Assembly (NCBI GenBank): GCA_002269645.1
Contig: NIVC01000027.1
Location: 434,001-498,000, forward strand
DNA: 64,000 bases
Direction: 5' to 3'
From: Macrostomum lignano
Taxonomy: Eukaryota
The number at the start of each line of letters is the position of its first letter. The stretch's first letter is position 1. Positions 43,337-62,876 of this stretch are shown here, piece by piece. The position numbers and the translations under genes were made by a program. Under the pieces are notes generated by a model. The model was not told the DNA's origin, ran no database searches, and saw only the letters and a list, made by a program, of their open reading frames with translations.

Positions 43337-46300
43337 TCATGGTGAGAAGCGATCAGGCGCGCGGCATGCACGGGTGCTACGGCGGGGCAACGCAGCCCCA
43401 TGCTCCTGGGTTGGACCCTCCTGTCCCGTAGCAGGGTCTTCGTCTCTTGAGTCCTCGTCGACGTTCGGAACTGGAGCGTCGGTTTCATAGCTATCCTCCT
43501 CGTCGGTGGCGAATGGATCGGCCGCGGGCGCCAGTTGGTTTGTACTGGCCAGGTGCAATCCATTTTTAGCCAGAATCCATGCGGTGTTGCGCCCTGACGT
43601 CATTAGAAATGTGGCTGAGTTGGTGCTTGCGGAGGCGGTAGGCCGATACATGACGCCGTCACCTTGCTCAAAGTGCGTCACCACCGGTACTCTGAGCTTT
43701 TTGCCGAACAGTATCTCGGCCGGGCATTGCCCCCGCGACGATGCTGAGTTCCGATGGTGGAGCAGCACTTTCTGCAGAAAATGGCTGAATTCCATGTGCG
43801 TAATTCTCTCTGACCACGCGCGCAGTGCAGCTTTGACGGTCTGTACAGCGCGTTCGGCCGCTCCGTTTGCCTGTGGATAATAAGCTGGCGATTCAAGTTT
43901 ATGGACACCATTGGCCCGTAGCCAAGAGTAGAGGGGATCACCGATGAACTCTGGTGCATTATCGGACACTACCAGCTCGGCCACTCCAAAGCGTGCGAAC
44001 ACTGCGCGCAAACACTGCATAACTGATTCGCCAGTTCTATTCCGACAGGGGAATGCCTCTATCCAGCCAGAAAATGTGTCAACGATGACTAGAATGTTAC
44101 CGGCGTCCTTCACATAGGCCCAGTCCATATGGATACGTTGAAACGGGTACGAAGCTGCCGGCCAGTGGTCTCTGTCATTTCCCAAGCGAGGTCGCAAGTG
44201 GCAACAGCCTGGGCAGCGCTGGACAAACTGGGTTACATCCTGCTGCATGCCAGGCCACCAGCAGGACGCTGAGAGCAGGTTGTACGAAGCTTGTGCACCT
44301 GAATGGGTGTCATGAACGGCCTCAAACGCTGCCTTGCGCAGCCGCGGTGGTATAAACACGCGTCTCTGCATATAGAGAAGCCCGTTCTCCAGCGTTAGTG
44401 TCTCCGCAACCTTCTTGAAGGATGCCTCTGCCTGACTGCAACTCCTCCAATTGCCGGAGCGTACACGCTCCAAGATGCGTTGAGCGAACGCGTCAGTACT
44501 CAGTTCGGCTGCAACCCTATCTGCGTCAATCACCGGTGCCTCAAAAGCCACAGCATTAATAGCTTCAAACGTCTCCTTGTCGTCCGAGGTGCAGTCGTCA
44601 AAGCGCAGTCTAGAAATTGCGTCAGCATGGGGAATGCTGCTCCCTCGCGCGTAACGGATGTCAAAGTCGAACTGCATTAAGTACATGGCCCAGCGGCCAA
44701 TCCTCGCTGACGTATTTAGCGGAATCCCGCTTCCATAGAGGCGCAGTAGCGGCTGATGATCTGTCTGAATCACGAACTTGCGACCGTGTAGGAAATGCTT
44801 GAGTCGGGAGACGGCCCAGAAGATTGCAAGTGCTTCGCGTTCGATGTTTGAATAGTTGCTTTCAGCGGCCGAAAGGGTACGGGAGACGTATATTACCGGA
44901 TGACCCTCCTGCGTTGCCACGGCGGCGAGTGCACCTTTGGACGCATCTGTCGTCAGAATCAGCTCTTTAGTCAGACTGTATGGCTGCACGACCGGCGCGG
45001 ATGCAATCTCCGCTTTCAGATTATTGAAGGCTCGGGAACACTCGTCTGACCAGGTGAACGGAATGCCAGCCTTTCGCAGTCTGTTAAGCGGAGCAGTTTT
45101 GCCTGCAAAGTTCGGAATCAATCGTCCGAAGAAATTGACTAGACCTAGAAACTGGGAGAGCTCCGTCTTGTTTTTCGGTACGCATACATGGCGAATCTTC
45201 TCTACGAGACGCTCGTCTGGCTGGATTCCGGCGGCGGAAATCCGGAAGCCTAGAAATGACACAGAGTCAGAGTAGTTGATGCACTTGGATTCGTTTATAG
45301 TCACTCGCTTCTCGGTGAGGCGCTTCCTGACTGCCGCTAGTCGCTTCTCCAAGACGACTGCGTCCGGTGCGTGTACGAGAATATCATCTTGGTAGATGAG
45401 TAGACCTTTAATATCACCCAAAATGGACTCCATTGTGCGTTGGAAGATGAAGGAAGCGTTTTTCATCCCCATTTGAAGCCTATTGACGCGGTAGAGCCCC
45501 CGGGATGTGTTTATTACGGATAAATCCCGAGCGGAATCATCCAGTTCGATCTGCCAATAGGCAGAACGCAAATCCACAGTAGCGAATGTCTTTGAATTCT
45601 TGAGCCGTGAGAACATCGTCTCGACGTTTGGAATGGGGTAGGAATCTGATTGGATTTTTGCGTTGACGTGTACGCTATAGTCGGCACACATTCTTAATGA
45701 GCCATCCTTCTTCTTCACCCACACGACGGGCGACGCGTTGTTGACAGGGCCCTCAATGGGCTCGATGACGCCCAACATTTGCAATCGATCCAGCTCCGCG
45801 TTGATCTTGGCCTCCAGTGCGATTGGTACGGGCCGAGCCCTACAAAACTGTGGCCTGGCTCCGTCCACGAGCTCCATTTTGGCTTTCACGCCCTTAATTG
45901 TCGGCAGAGGTTCCACAGCCTGCTGGATGTAAGATGGCAAGGCCGTAGCGTGAAAGAGTTTATCTGACTGCAGTAGATCACGGCCGATAAGACCATGAGC
46001 CTTGCTTGAGGCAACAACCATAAGCTCTGCTGGGTGCAAACGTCCTCGGAGCTGCACAGCGGTGCACAATTTGCCCAGTGTACGCATGACGTGACCATCA
46101 AAGGCCTCAAGGCGGCGAAAGCATTTTTGCAGGTGCGGGCGACCCAGCGAAATCCACTGCGCACTTGAAATCACTGAGACAGACGCCCCAGTATCAACCT
46201 GCATCCTCAGGCTTCTGCCATCGACGACCACCGTTTCGATAGTCTCGCTGATAGCGTGCACAGAACTTGCGTCGGTGAGGTGCATGATGGATCCCGGTGA

Positions 46301-47194
46301 ATGAGCTGGCTCTTCGCCCTCGTCACCTTGGTCTGCCGTCGTGTGGTGCAGCGAACGAGTAGCTCCAGATCTGCAGACGTTGCTAAAATGATTCTTTTTT
46401 CCGCACTTCATACAGGTTTTTCCGTAGGCCGGACATTTACCTTCGAGGTGGGACCTACCGCAATAACGACAGGTGGAATTAGTTCGCCGGGCACTATCGT
46501 GTTGAGCCGATTCCATCCTGGGTACGGAACGCTGCTTGGTGAAGTGTAGCGAGACTTCTTCAGCGCCGATATGGCTGGGAGAGGATGCACCAATGGCACA
46601 TGGCATAGCAGAAGCAATTCCACTGCTCGGGAGCTCCTTCTGACTAGAGACAAAGTTTGTCACCTGCTCCAAATTGCGGATGAAATTTACGATTTCCGTT
46701 GTTGAAAGCTCCTGTAACTGCATGGCCTCTAGCACGCGTAGCTGCTCCTGACTGTCTCGAAGTCCAGCGATCAGCGCCATTCGAATCAACTCTTCCGATG
46801 GGCTTTGGCTCGAGCGTAGAGAGTCGAATTTGCAATCGATTGCGGCATGACGAAGTCGGCTCACAAAGTCGCCAATGGACTCGCTAGGCGCTTGACGAAC
46901 GTTGAAGAACCACGCCCTCTCCGCCACGGTCAGTTTCTCTCTGGGTCGTAGGTAGTCCAGGAGTGTTTTCTCAATGTCCGCAAACGACAGGTCGGCTACA
47001 AGTCGTGGAGACACAAGATCTTGCAATTTTTCAAGTGCAGTCAGACCGCAGCAAGCTAGGAAATTGTCAGCGATGCATTTCTTTTCTGCAGTGTCAGTCC
47101 ATCCTTTCGCTCTGGCCAACGCTTGGAAGGCAGTCAGCCATGTTTGCGCCCTCTCCGGCTTTTCGAGCGGCAGGTTGCCGAGTTGCGACGCCAT
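43337..47194 (-). CDS. Single Gag-Pol ORF, 1285 aa
   Basis: Two knuckles (CRYCGRSH...C, CMKCGKKNHFSNVC); PR VDTGAS; RT YQDDIL; RNase H TTDAS...NYSNIEREALA; IN HHCC and DDE (HMDWA, SDNA, AERAV); no stops. Confidence 0.95.
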   Translation of the reverse strand: MASQLGNLPLEKPERAQTWLTAFQALARAKGWTDTAEKKCIADNFLACCGLTALEKLQDLVSPRLVADLSFADIEKTLLDYLRPREKLTVAERAWFFNVRQAPSESIGDFVSRLRHAAIDCKFDSLRSSQSPSEELIRMALIAGLRDSQEQLRVLEAMQLQELSTTEIVNFIRNLEQVTNFVSSQKELPSSGIASAMPCAIGASSPSHIGAEEVSLHFTKQRSVPRMESAQHDSARRTNSTCRYCGRSHLEGKCPAYGKTCMKCGKKNHFSNVCRSGATRSLHHTTADQGDEGEEPAHSPGSIMHLTDASSVHAISETIETVVVDGRSLRMQVDTGASVSVISSAQWISLGRPHLQKCFRRLEAFDGHVMRTLGKLCTAVQLRGRLHPAELMVVASSKAHGLIGRDLLQSDKLFHATALPSYIQQAVEPLPTIKGVKAKMELVDGARPQFCRARPVPIALEAKINAELDRLQMLGVIEPIEGPVNNASPVVWVKKKDGSLRMCADYSVHVNAKIQSDSYPIPNVETMFSRLKNSKTFATVDLRSAYWQIELDDSARDLSVINTSRGLYRVNRLQMGMKNASFIFQRTMESILGDIKGLLIYQDDILVHAPDAVVLEKRLAAVRKRLTEKRVTINESKCINYSDSVSFLGFRISAAGIQPDERLVEKIRHVCVPKNKTELSQFLGLVNFFGRLIPNFAGKTAPLNRLRKAGIPFTWSDECSRAFNNLKAEIASAPVVQPYSLTKELILTTDASKGALAAVATQEGHPVIYVSRTLSAAESNYSNIEREALAIFWAVSRLKHFLHGRKFVIQTDHQPLLRLYGSGIPLNTSARIGRWAMYLMQFDFDIRYARGSSIPHADAISRLRFDDCTSDDKETFEAINAVAFEAPVIDADRVAAELSTDAFAQRILERVRSGNWRSCSQAEASFKKVAETLTLENGLLYMQRRVFIPPRLRKAAFEAVHDTHSGAQASYNLLSASCWWPGMQQDVTQFVQRCPGCCHLRPRLGNDRDHWPAASYPFQRIHMDWAYVKDAGNILVIVDTFSGWIEAFPCRNRTGESVMQCLRAVFARFGVAELVVSDNAPEFIGDPLYSWLRANGVHKLESPAYYPQANGAAERAVQTVKAALRAWSERITHMEFSHFLQKVLLHHRNSASSRGQCPAEILFGKKLRVPVVTHFEQGDGVMYRPTASASTNSATFLMTSGRNTAWILAKNGLHLASTNQLAPAADPFATDEEDSYETDAPVPNVDEDSRDEDPATGQEGPTQEHGAALPRRSTRACRAPDRFSP

Positions 47195-47456
47195 TGATGT
47201 GTGTCGAGATTAAGATGACGAGCGGTGCAAGGTTATCGTTTATATTTGATGGTATAATCAGGAATCTTGAACGCATAGTTCTGGGCGGGGTCTTGAGGGG
47301 GAGAAGGGCTGAAACCGAGAGGAGCTCTGCGAAAGAAAGAGTATACTGCCATAGACTAACTAAACAGCAACAAAACGAAAGTTGAGCGAGCTTAAGTCAC
47401 ATAGACAGAAAAACAATAATGCACTAAAGCTATAGGCTGAGCTCTGATGCACAACA
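47195..47456 (-). repeat. 5' LTR of the Mag-type element (262 bp)
   Basis: Identical to 42896-43157; directly followed by ATGGCG. Confidence 0.95.
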
Positions 47457-47983
47457 AAAATAACACTCTACTACTGAGTTTTCAAAGTAGTCAAATGTGT
47501 ATATTGCAGTATTCTTTTATTCTTATACCATTTTGTTTATTTTAAACTTACCAATTCCATTTGCGATTTTTATTGTTTCTACATCGATTTTTCGGATACA
47601 TTTATGCAGTGCTTATCCGTAAAATATATTTTGCTATTTTTAAGGCTACCTATTTTAACTAAAGTCTACAAACTCATTATCAATACCAGAATACACTGCA
47701 TCAAAACTTAAATCACACCGAGAATTACCCAGACTTTAATTCGCTTACTTCTGCTTCGGGCATTTATACGCTTTCTCTTATAGCAAAGTATAGTACTTAG
47801 AATCAGTGAACTTATCGTTTTTATACTTAGTTTACTGAGTTAATCGTCCCTATTGACTAACAAATCAGCTGCATATTATCGATCGCTGAATTCTTAAATT
47901 TATTAAGACCAGAAGTTACAATTTCATTTTGCTCATTACAGCACTGAAAGTTTAAAAAGATAATACGAGTTTTCTGAGACGTC

Positions 47984-56779
<8,796 letters not shown>

Positions 56780-58670
56780 TCATATAATACATTTAAAGAC
56801 TCCTATATATTTTACTTGCTAATAAATTTCATATATTTTTCAATTTTATCTACGAATAACATTTTGCTGTCAGTGCCAAAATGCTCACTTTGCACTGCAT
56901 GCATGTACGTTTGTAGTATAAATAAAGTTTTTAGTTCATAACTACGAGTTATGAGTCGTTAGTTGTCGTTACCAGTATTTTACATTACGTGACAATAATT
57001 TTTGATATTCAGTGTTGAAATTTTGAAAGATGTGGACTATTAATCCGAGTATCACGGGCTTTACTTGTATGTACATCTAAAAATAAGCCTTCAAATTTAC
57101 CAAGAAACGATTTTGCGCGGTTTGTATCCTGCTATCCACCGTATAATTTATATAATTTCTTTTTATAATGGAGTTTTTTTTAGAGATTGATATTTTAAAC
57201 AACTTTTTTTGATTTTTTACTTTCTCTAGGAGTATTTGAATGCATAGTACATTTTACGTGCAGAGGGCGGCCGTATAGTGCAGGTCTCCGATGTGCCAAG
57301 CGGTCCAGGCTCGATTCCAAATACAGTCTCATCAATTTATTTTTGGTTCTCTTAGTGAAATTAACGCCCTAAGGGCCAACCCACAATGCATATTGAATTG
57401 TACATGTCTATAACGATTAGCGTAAAATACCGTCATTTTTGCAAAAAAATGAAATTTTTCGTGTGATTTTTTTCTAAAGCCCTATATACACGTCAATTGA
57501 GATTTTCTTCAAAGAAAAAGTGCTCCAATCAAATTAAAAGATGTTCAACAACTATTCTATTGCTTTTCGCTTAGGTAAATTCATTGGCTTCGATAATGCT
57601 TTCGTTTTTGTTGGCGGCAAAAATGACGGTAAAGAAAAACCGTCAAGTTTGACACGATATCTTCATTTTTGCCAATAACTTTACTATGATTTTATCGCCA
57701 ATGTATTTTGTATGGAATTACAAAATTTTTAGGGAAATCTAAGCCTGCCTATCTTGCATTGATAACTGAAAAAATGAAATGAAAATAATATCTCAGTTTC
57801 TAATAAAATAATACTTACTAAATAAAGATTTTTTCATACATGTGCGCTTAAAATTTTTCCAAAAAAGAATCGCTAAATCTTTGAAACAATTTTTGTTTCG
57901 AAAATTCTGATAAAATTACAAAAAATATGAATGCAGCTACTAAAAGTATACTAGTTGCGAGTGTTTTATTGTCAGCTAGTAAGCAACACTGCAACACAAA
58001 ATTAGTCTCAATATACTAAATCTGACGTGTTGTTTATATGTGTGTAGTGTGTTCGATAACGATCCTCCCAAAGACCTAAAATACTGCCAAGTCAGCGTTT
58101 CTATATCTAAAGCTGAGAGGGTTTAACGCGTATGATCTCTTCCTAGCCGCCTGCAATTCAAATTCGGGACTTATCTACATGTATATATATATTATACTGT
58201 ATATATTATATAAACTCAAACCTAATATTAGAATAGTGTCCCAGTGAAAAAAGTCTGCACTAAAACAGGCGGAAAAAATAATTTAATTAGGACCTTAAGG
58301 TGTCAGGCAAATACCGTACTATGATTTATCTAACATATTTATTATATTGACACTAGCTAGAGCGCACAACCGCGACCCACTGTATTAACCCATTGTTCTG
58401 TAGCATTACAAGCGCAGCCCCCGCAAGTTACAAGCCAACAGCCCCCCTCCCGGCTCCCGGGGCAATTCGCGTTCAATACACAACACAGTTTTGAACACTG
58501 AAGCAAGCCATCAAATCCAACGGCGGGCGGGAAGTCCAGCAGCGAATAAAACTTAAAACGTCTAAAAACGCTCAACATTTCGACCAATACTATCTGCTTC
58601 TAAAAAGGAACTCATCCAATCGCAAGGCAGCGGGCTGAATAACAAGCTTTCATTCAAAATATATATATAT

Positions 58671-60956
58671 GAAGTCAACAAATTCAACCCAAATTTGCCA
58701 AGCCGGATCAGCAGATTAGTGGCTAAATTTCTACAGGCTACTAGACAGCACTGATACATGTATGATGCAGAAAGAATTGTTTAAGTAAGTCAATCGGCTT
58801 CCAAGATATACAAAGGCGGAGAAATAGTCATCTTATAGTGTATTTAGATAGGAGAAAGTCAACGAATTCAACCCAAATTTGCCAAGCCGGATCAGCAGAT
58901 TAGCGGCTAAATTTCTACAGGCTACTAGACAGCACTGATACATGTATGATGCAGAAAGAATTGTTTCAGTAAGTCAATCGGCTTCCAAGATATACAAAGG
59001 CGGAGAAATAGCCATCTTATAGTGTATTTAGATAGGAGAAAGTCAACGAATTCAACCCAAATTTGCCAAGCCGGATCAGCAGATTAGCGGCTAAATTTCT
59101 ACAGGCTACTAGACAGCACTGATACATGTATGATGCAGAAAGAATTGTTTCAGTAAGTCAATCGGCTTCCAAGATATACAAAGGCGGAGAAATAGCCATC
59201 TTATAGTGTATTTAGATAGGAGAAAGTCAACGAATTCAACCCAAATTTGCCAAGCCGGATCAGCAGATTAGCGGCTAAATTTCTACAGGCTACTAGACAG
59301 CACTGATACATGTATGATGCAGAAAGAATTGTTTCAGTAAGTCAATCGGCTTCCAAGATATACAAAGGCGGAGAAATAGCCATCTTATAGTGTATTTAGA
59401 TAGGAGAAAGTCAACGAATTCAACCCAAATTTGCCAAGCCGGATCAGCAGATTAGCGGCTAAATTTCTACAGGCTACTAGACAGCACTGATACATGTATG
59501 ATGCAGAAAGAATTGTTTCAGTAAGTCAATCGGCTTCCAAGATATACAAAGGCGGAGAAATAGCCATCTTATAGTGTATTTAGATAGGAGAAAGTCAACG
59601 AATTCAACCCAAATTTGCCAAGCCGGATCAGCAGATTAGCGGCTAAATTTCTACAGGCTACTAGACAGCACTGATACATGTATGATGCAGAAAGAATTGT
59701 TTCAGTAAGTCAATCGGCTTCCAAGATATACAAAGGCGGAGAAATAGCCATCTTATAGTGTATTTAGATAGGAGAAAGTCAACGAATTCAACCCAAATTT
59801 GCCAAGCCGGATCAGCAGATTAGCGGCTAAATTTCTACAGGCTACTAGACAGCACTGATACATGTATGATGCAGAAAGAATTGTTTCAGTAAGTCAATCG
59901 GCTTCCAAGATATACAAAGGCGGAGAAATAGCCATCTTATAGTGTATTTAGATAGGAGAAAGTCAACGAATTCAACCCAAATTTGCCAAGCCGGATCAGC
60001 AGATTAGCGGCTAAATTTCTACAGGCTACTAGACAGCACTGATACATGTATGATGCAGAAAGAATTGTTTCAGTAAGTCAATCGGCTTCCAAGATATACA
60101 AAGGCGGAGAAATAGCCATCTTATAGTGTATTAAGATAGGAGAAAGTCAACGAATTCAACCCAAATTTGCCAAGCCGGATCAGCAGATTAGCGGCTAAAT
60201 TTCTACAGGCTACTAGACAGCACTGATACATGTATGATGCAGAAAGAATTGTTTAAGTAAGTCAATCGGCTTCCAAGATATACAAAGGCGGAGAAAGAGC
60301 CATCTTATAGTGTATTTAGATAGGAGAAAGTCAACGAATTCAACCCAAATTTGCCAAGCCGGATCAGCAGATTAGCGGCTAAATTTCTACAGGCTACTAG
60401 ACAGCACTGATACATGTATGATGCAGAAAGAATTGTTTAAGTAAGTCAATCGGCTTCCAAGATATACAAAGGCGGAGAAATAGTCATCTTATAGTGTATT
60501 TAGATAGGAGAAAGTCAACGAATTCAACCCAAATTTGCCAAGCCGGATCAGCAGATTAGCGGCTAAATTTCTACAGGCTACTAGACAGCACTGATACATG
60601 TATGATGCAGAAAGAATTGTTTCAGTAAGTCAATCGGCTTCCAAGATATACAAAGGCGGAGAAATAGCCATCTTATAGTGTATTTAGATAGGAGAAAGTC
60701 AACGAATTCAACCCAAATTTGCCAAGCCGGATCAGCAGATTAGCGGCTAAATTTCTACAGGCTACTAGACAGCACTGATACATGTATGATGCAGAAAGAA
60801 TTGTTTAAGTAAGTCAATCGGCTTCCAAGATATACAAAGGCGGAGAAATAGCCATCTTATAGTGTATTTAGATAGGAGAAAGTCAACGAATTCAACCCAA
60901 ATTTGCCAAGCCGGATCAGCAGATTAGCGGCTAAATTTCTACAGGCTACTAGACAG
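58671..60956. repeat. Satellite, 184-bp unit, ~12.4 highly homogeneous copies
   Basis: AATTCAACCC recurs at 58681, 58865, 59049 and 59233 (period 184). Confidence 0.97.
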
Positions 60957-61132
60957 CAGTGGCGCAGCCGGGGGGCCTGCCCCTTCCTTGAAATTTACCT
61001 TCCTGAAAAAATCGCTCTACCTTCTGAACTCCCCAAGAAAAAACCCGCCCTCCTATACCCGCTAACCTGGGTGCTGAATGGGCCCAGAAGAGTGAAAAAG
61101 CTGAATGAAAAAAGTTTCTGGCTTTGCCACTG
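60957..61132. mobile_element. hAT-type MITE (176 bp)
   Basis: TIRs CAGTGGCGCAGCCGG / CAGTGGCAAAGCCAG (12/15 match) and an exact 8-bp TSD CTAGACAG at 60949-60956 and 61133-61140. Confidence 0.88.
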
Positions 61133-62876
61133 CTAGACAGGCTATATTTAGATAGGTGGCGTTAGCTATTCACTGTATTTTTACCGGTGGACTGCCCACG
61201 TATAGAAAATTATTTTCTATTGTGAATCGGTTAGGGTGGGTTTGAAAAGCAAGACACAACGCAGGGGCCTTTAAAAGCAAGATAAATATCTTTTCTAAGC
61301 GGAGGGCCACAACTGGTAGCTGCTACAGTAAAAAGAAATTTTACTTTGCTTTCTGAGTCAGTTTTCAATAGCTATCGAGATATCATTGTCTATAGCTAGC
61401 AATAACCAGCAGCTATAATACAGTCCTTACTTAAAGACGCTATAGTACTAGTCGCTTTGATATTATACATTACATTTTATTCCGTCTTTCTACCGTCCTT
61501 CTATTTCTAGCCTACCGGTCGGCTTGAGCTTTTCTAAAGCTATGATTTTGCTTCTAAAGCTATAAGAAAGCAATGTGATCAAAGAAGCTTTTCTGGCAAA
61601 CCGTTATAATCAAAGTACATACTGTTTTAGTTTTGTTTTTCAGAGCATGAAAACGATATTGACAGAATTATGTCCTGTATCAAATGCTTACAGAGTGTTT
61701 GTGTTATTGTTATTGAAATAATTTACGGAGAGTTGCTTCTGGCCGGGTATTTATGGATCATAAGAACATTGGAAAAGTTAAGTGATACATTAATTGAGAG
61801 AGCTGCAGTTGATGTATTGCGGGGGATCTTCACAGTAGCCCCGATCCATAGCTTTTGAGACGAGCGTACAAGTCATTAAATTGTCAAATTTAATATCTAA
61901 TGAATCGGGCACTTCTATAAAATATCTCCCCAATTCCTGCTTCTCTGGGCAATTGGGGCGCAAGGTTAGTAATTTGAGTAAGCTTTTCACGGTTAGTTCT
62001 CATGGCTTGTTAGTAACCAACCAGGAATATCATGGCAACAGGAATTATTTATAATTAGTATGTATTCTTAAAAATATTAATTTTTGTATTACAAGTTAGT
62101 AATATTAATGATGTTAATGTTTACGAAGCACTGTTGTATTTTTAGGAGCTTAGTATATTAAGGAAATGTTAGTAGTAGCGAACGGCAAGAGTGCCCTTCC
62201 TAGACAGTGAATAGTTGTTTGCGTGGGGCCAATCCGTTTTTCAGACTCTTGGGTCGGTCTCGGATTCTAGACTAAAGTCTAAAAAAGCAGATACACGACC
62301 CTACCCAGACCATATAAAATTCTAGATAGCTATCTAAGTGAAGGATTTCATACTCGTACGTGGCATCCGAAGTTATACCAAACTGAACTGCTTCGAGCTT
62401 GGCTAAACTTCTCTCCCGGTCTGAACAAAAGCTTTCTTCCTCTTACTTTGCTCTCCCCATTACTTCTCTTTCCAATGGCTAGCTGGACAGTGCGTAGCTA
62501 GCTATAGCTATTTAATTTTTTTCTAACCCTTTCCAAGCCATTATATGCAGAAAAGACCCAGACCTGAAAAGTGGAACGCTTTCATAAGACCTAAATTTCA
62601 CAACGCCTAAATTTCATATCGCCGCATTAATTTCACAACGCCTAAAATATCTGCTGCCTCCTTCATCAGATCGGCTAAATTTCAAATTTCAGTTATAGGT
62701 CTCAAGACTTCCTTGCCCAGTCACATGCACCAACCTACAATCAGTATGAGTGCCTGATTATTAATTAGATAGCTAGCTAGCTAAACTATAAGCGGCTTTG
62801 AGTAGTTATGCATTGGCTTGTTAAAATAAGTGAATAATTTAAGTTAGCACAGTGCAGTGATACAACATTTCGCTGA

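Larger units (their letters stand above)
42896..47456 (-). mobile_element. Full-length Mag-type Ty3/gypsy LTR retrotransposon (4,561 bp)
   Basis: Identical 262-bp LTRs 42896-43157 and 47195-47456 (TG...CA); 5-bp TSD AAAAT at 42891-42895 and 47457-47461; PPT AAGGGGGACA before the 3' LTR; single gag-pol ORF. Confidence 0.96.

Noticed and set aside
57262-57330. tRNA gene (TATAGTG A-box-like, GGCTCGATTCC B-box-like)
   Set aside because: No convincing cloverleaf; at most a decayed tRNA-derived SINE head. The same applies to GGGAGTTCGATTC at ~42635.
58750-58845. CACT...AGTG segment in the satellite unit as a CACTA/Transib TIR element
   Set aside because: Only 4 bp of terminal match and no TSD.
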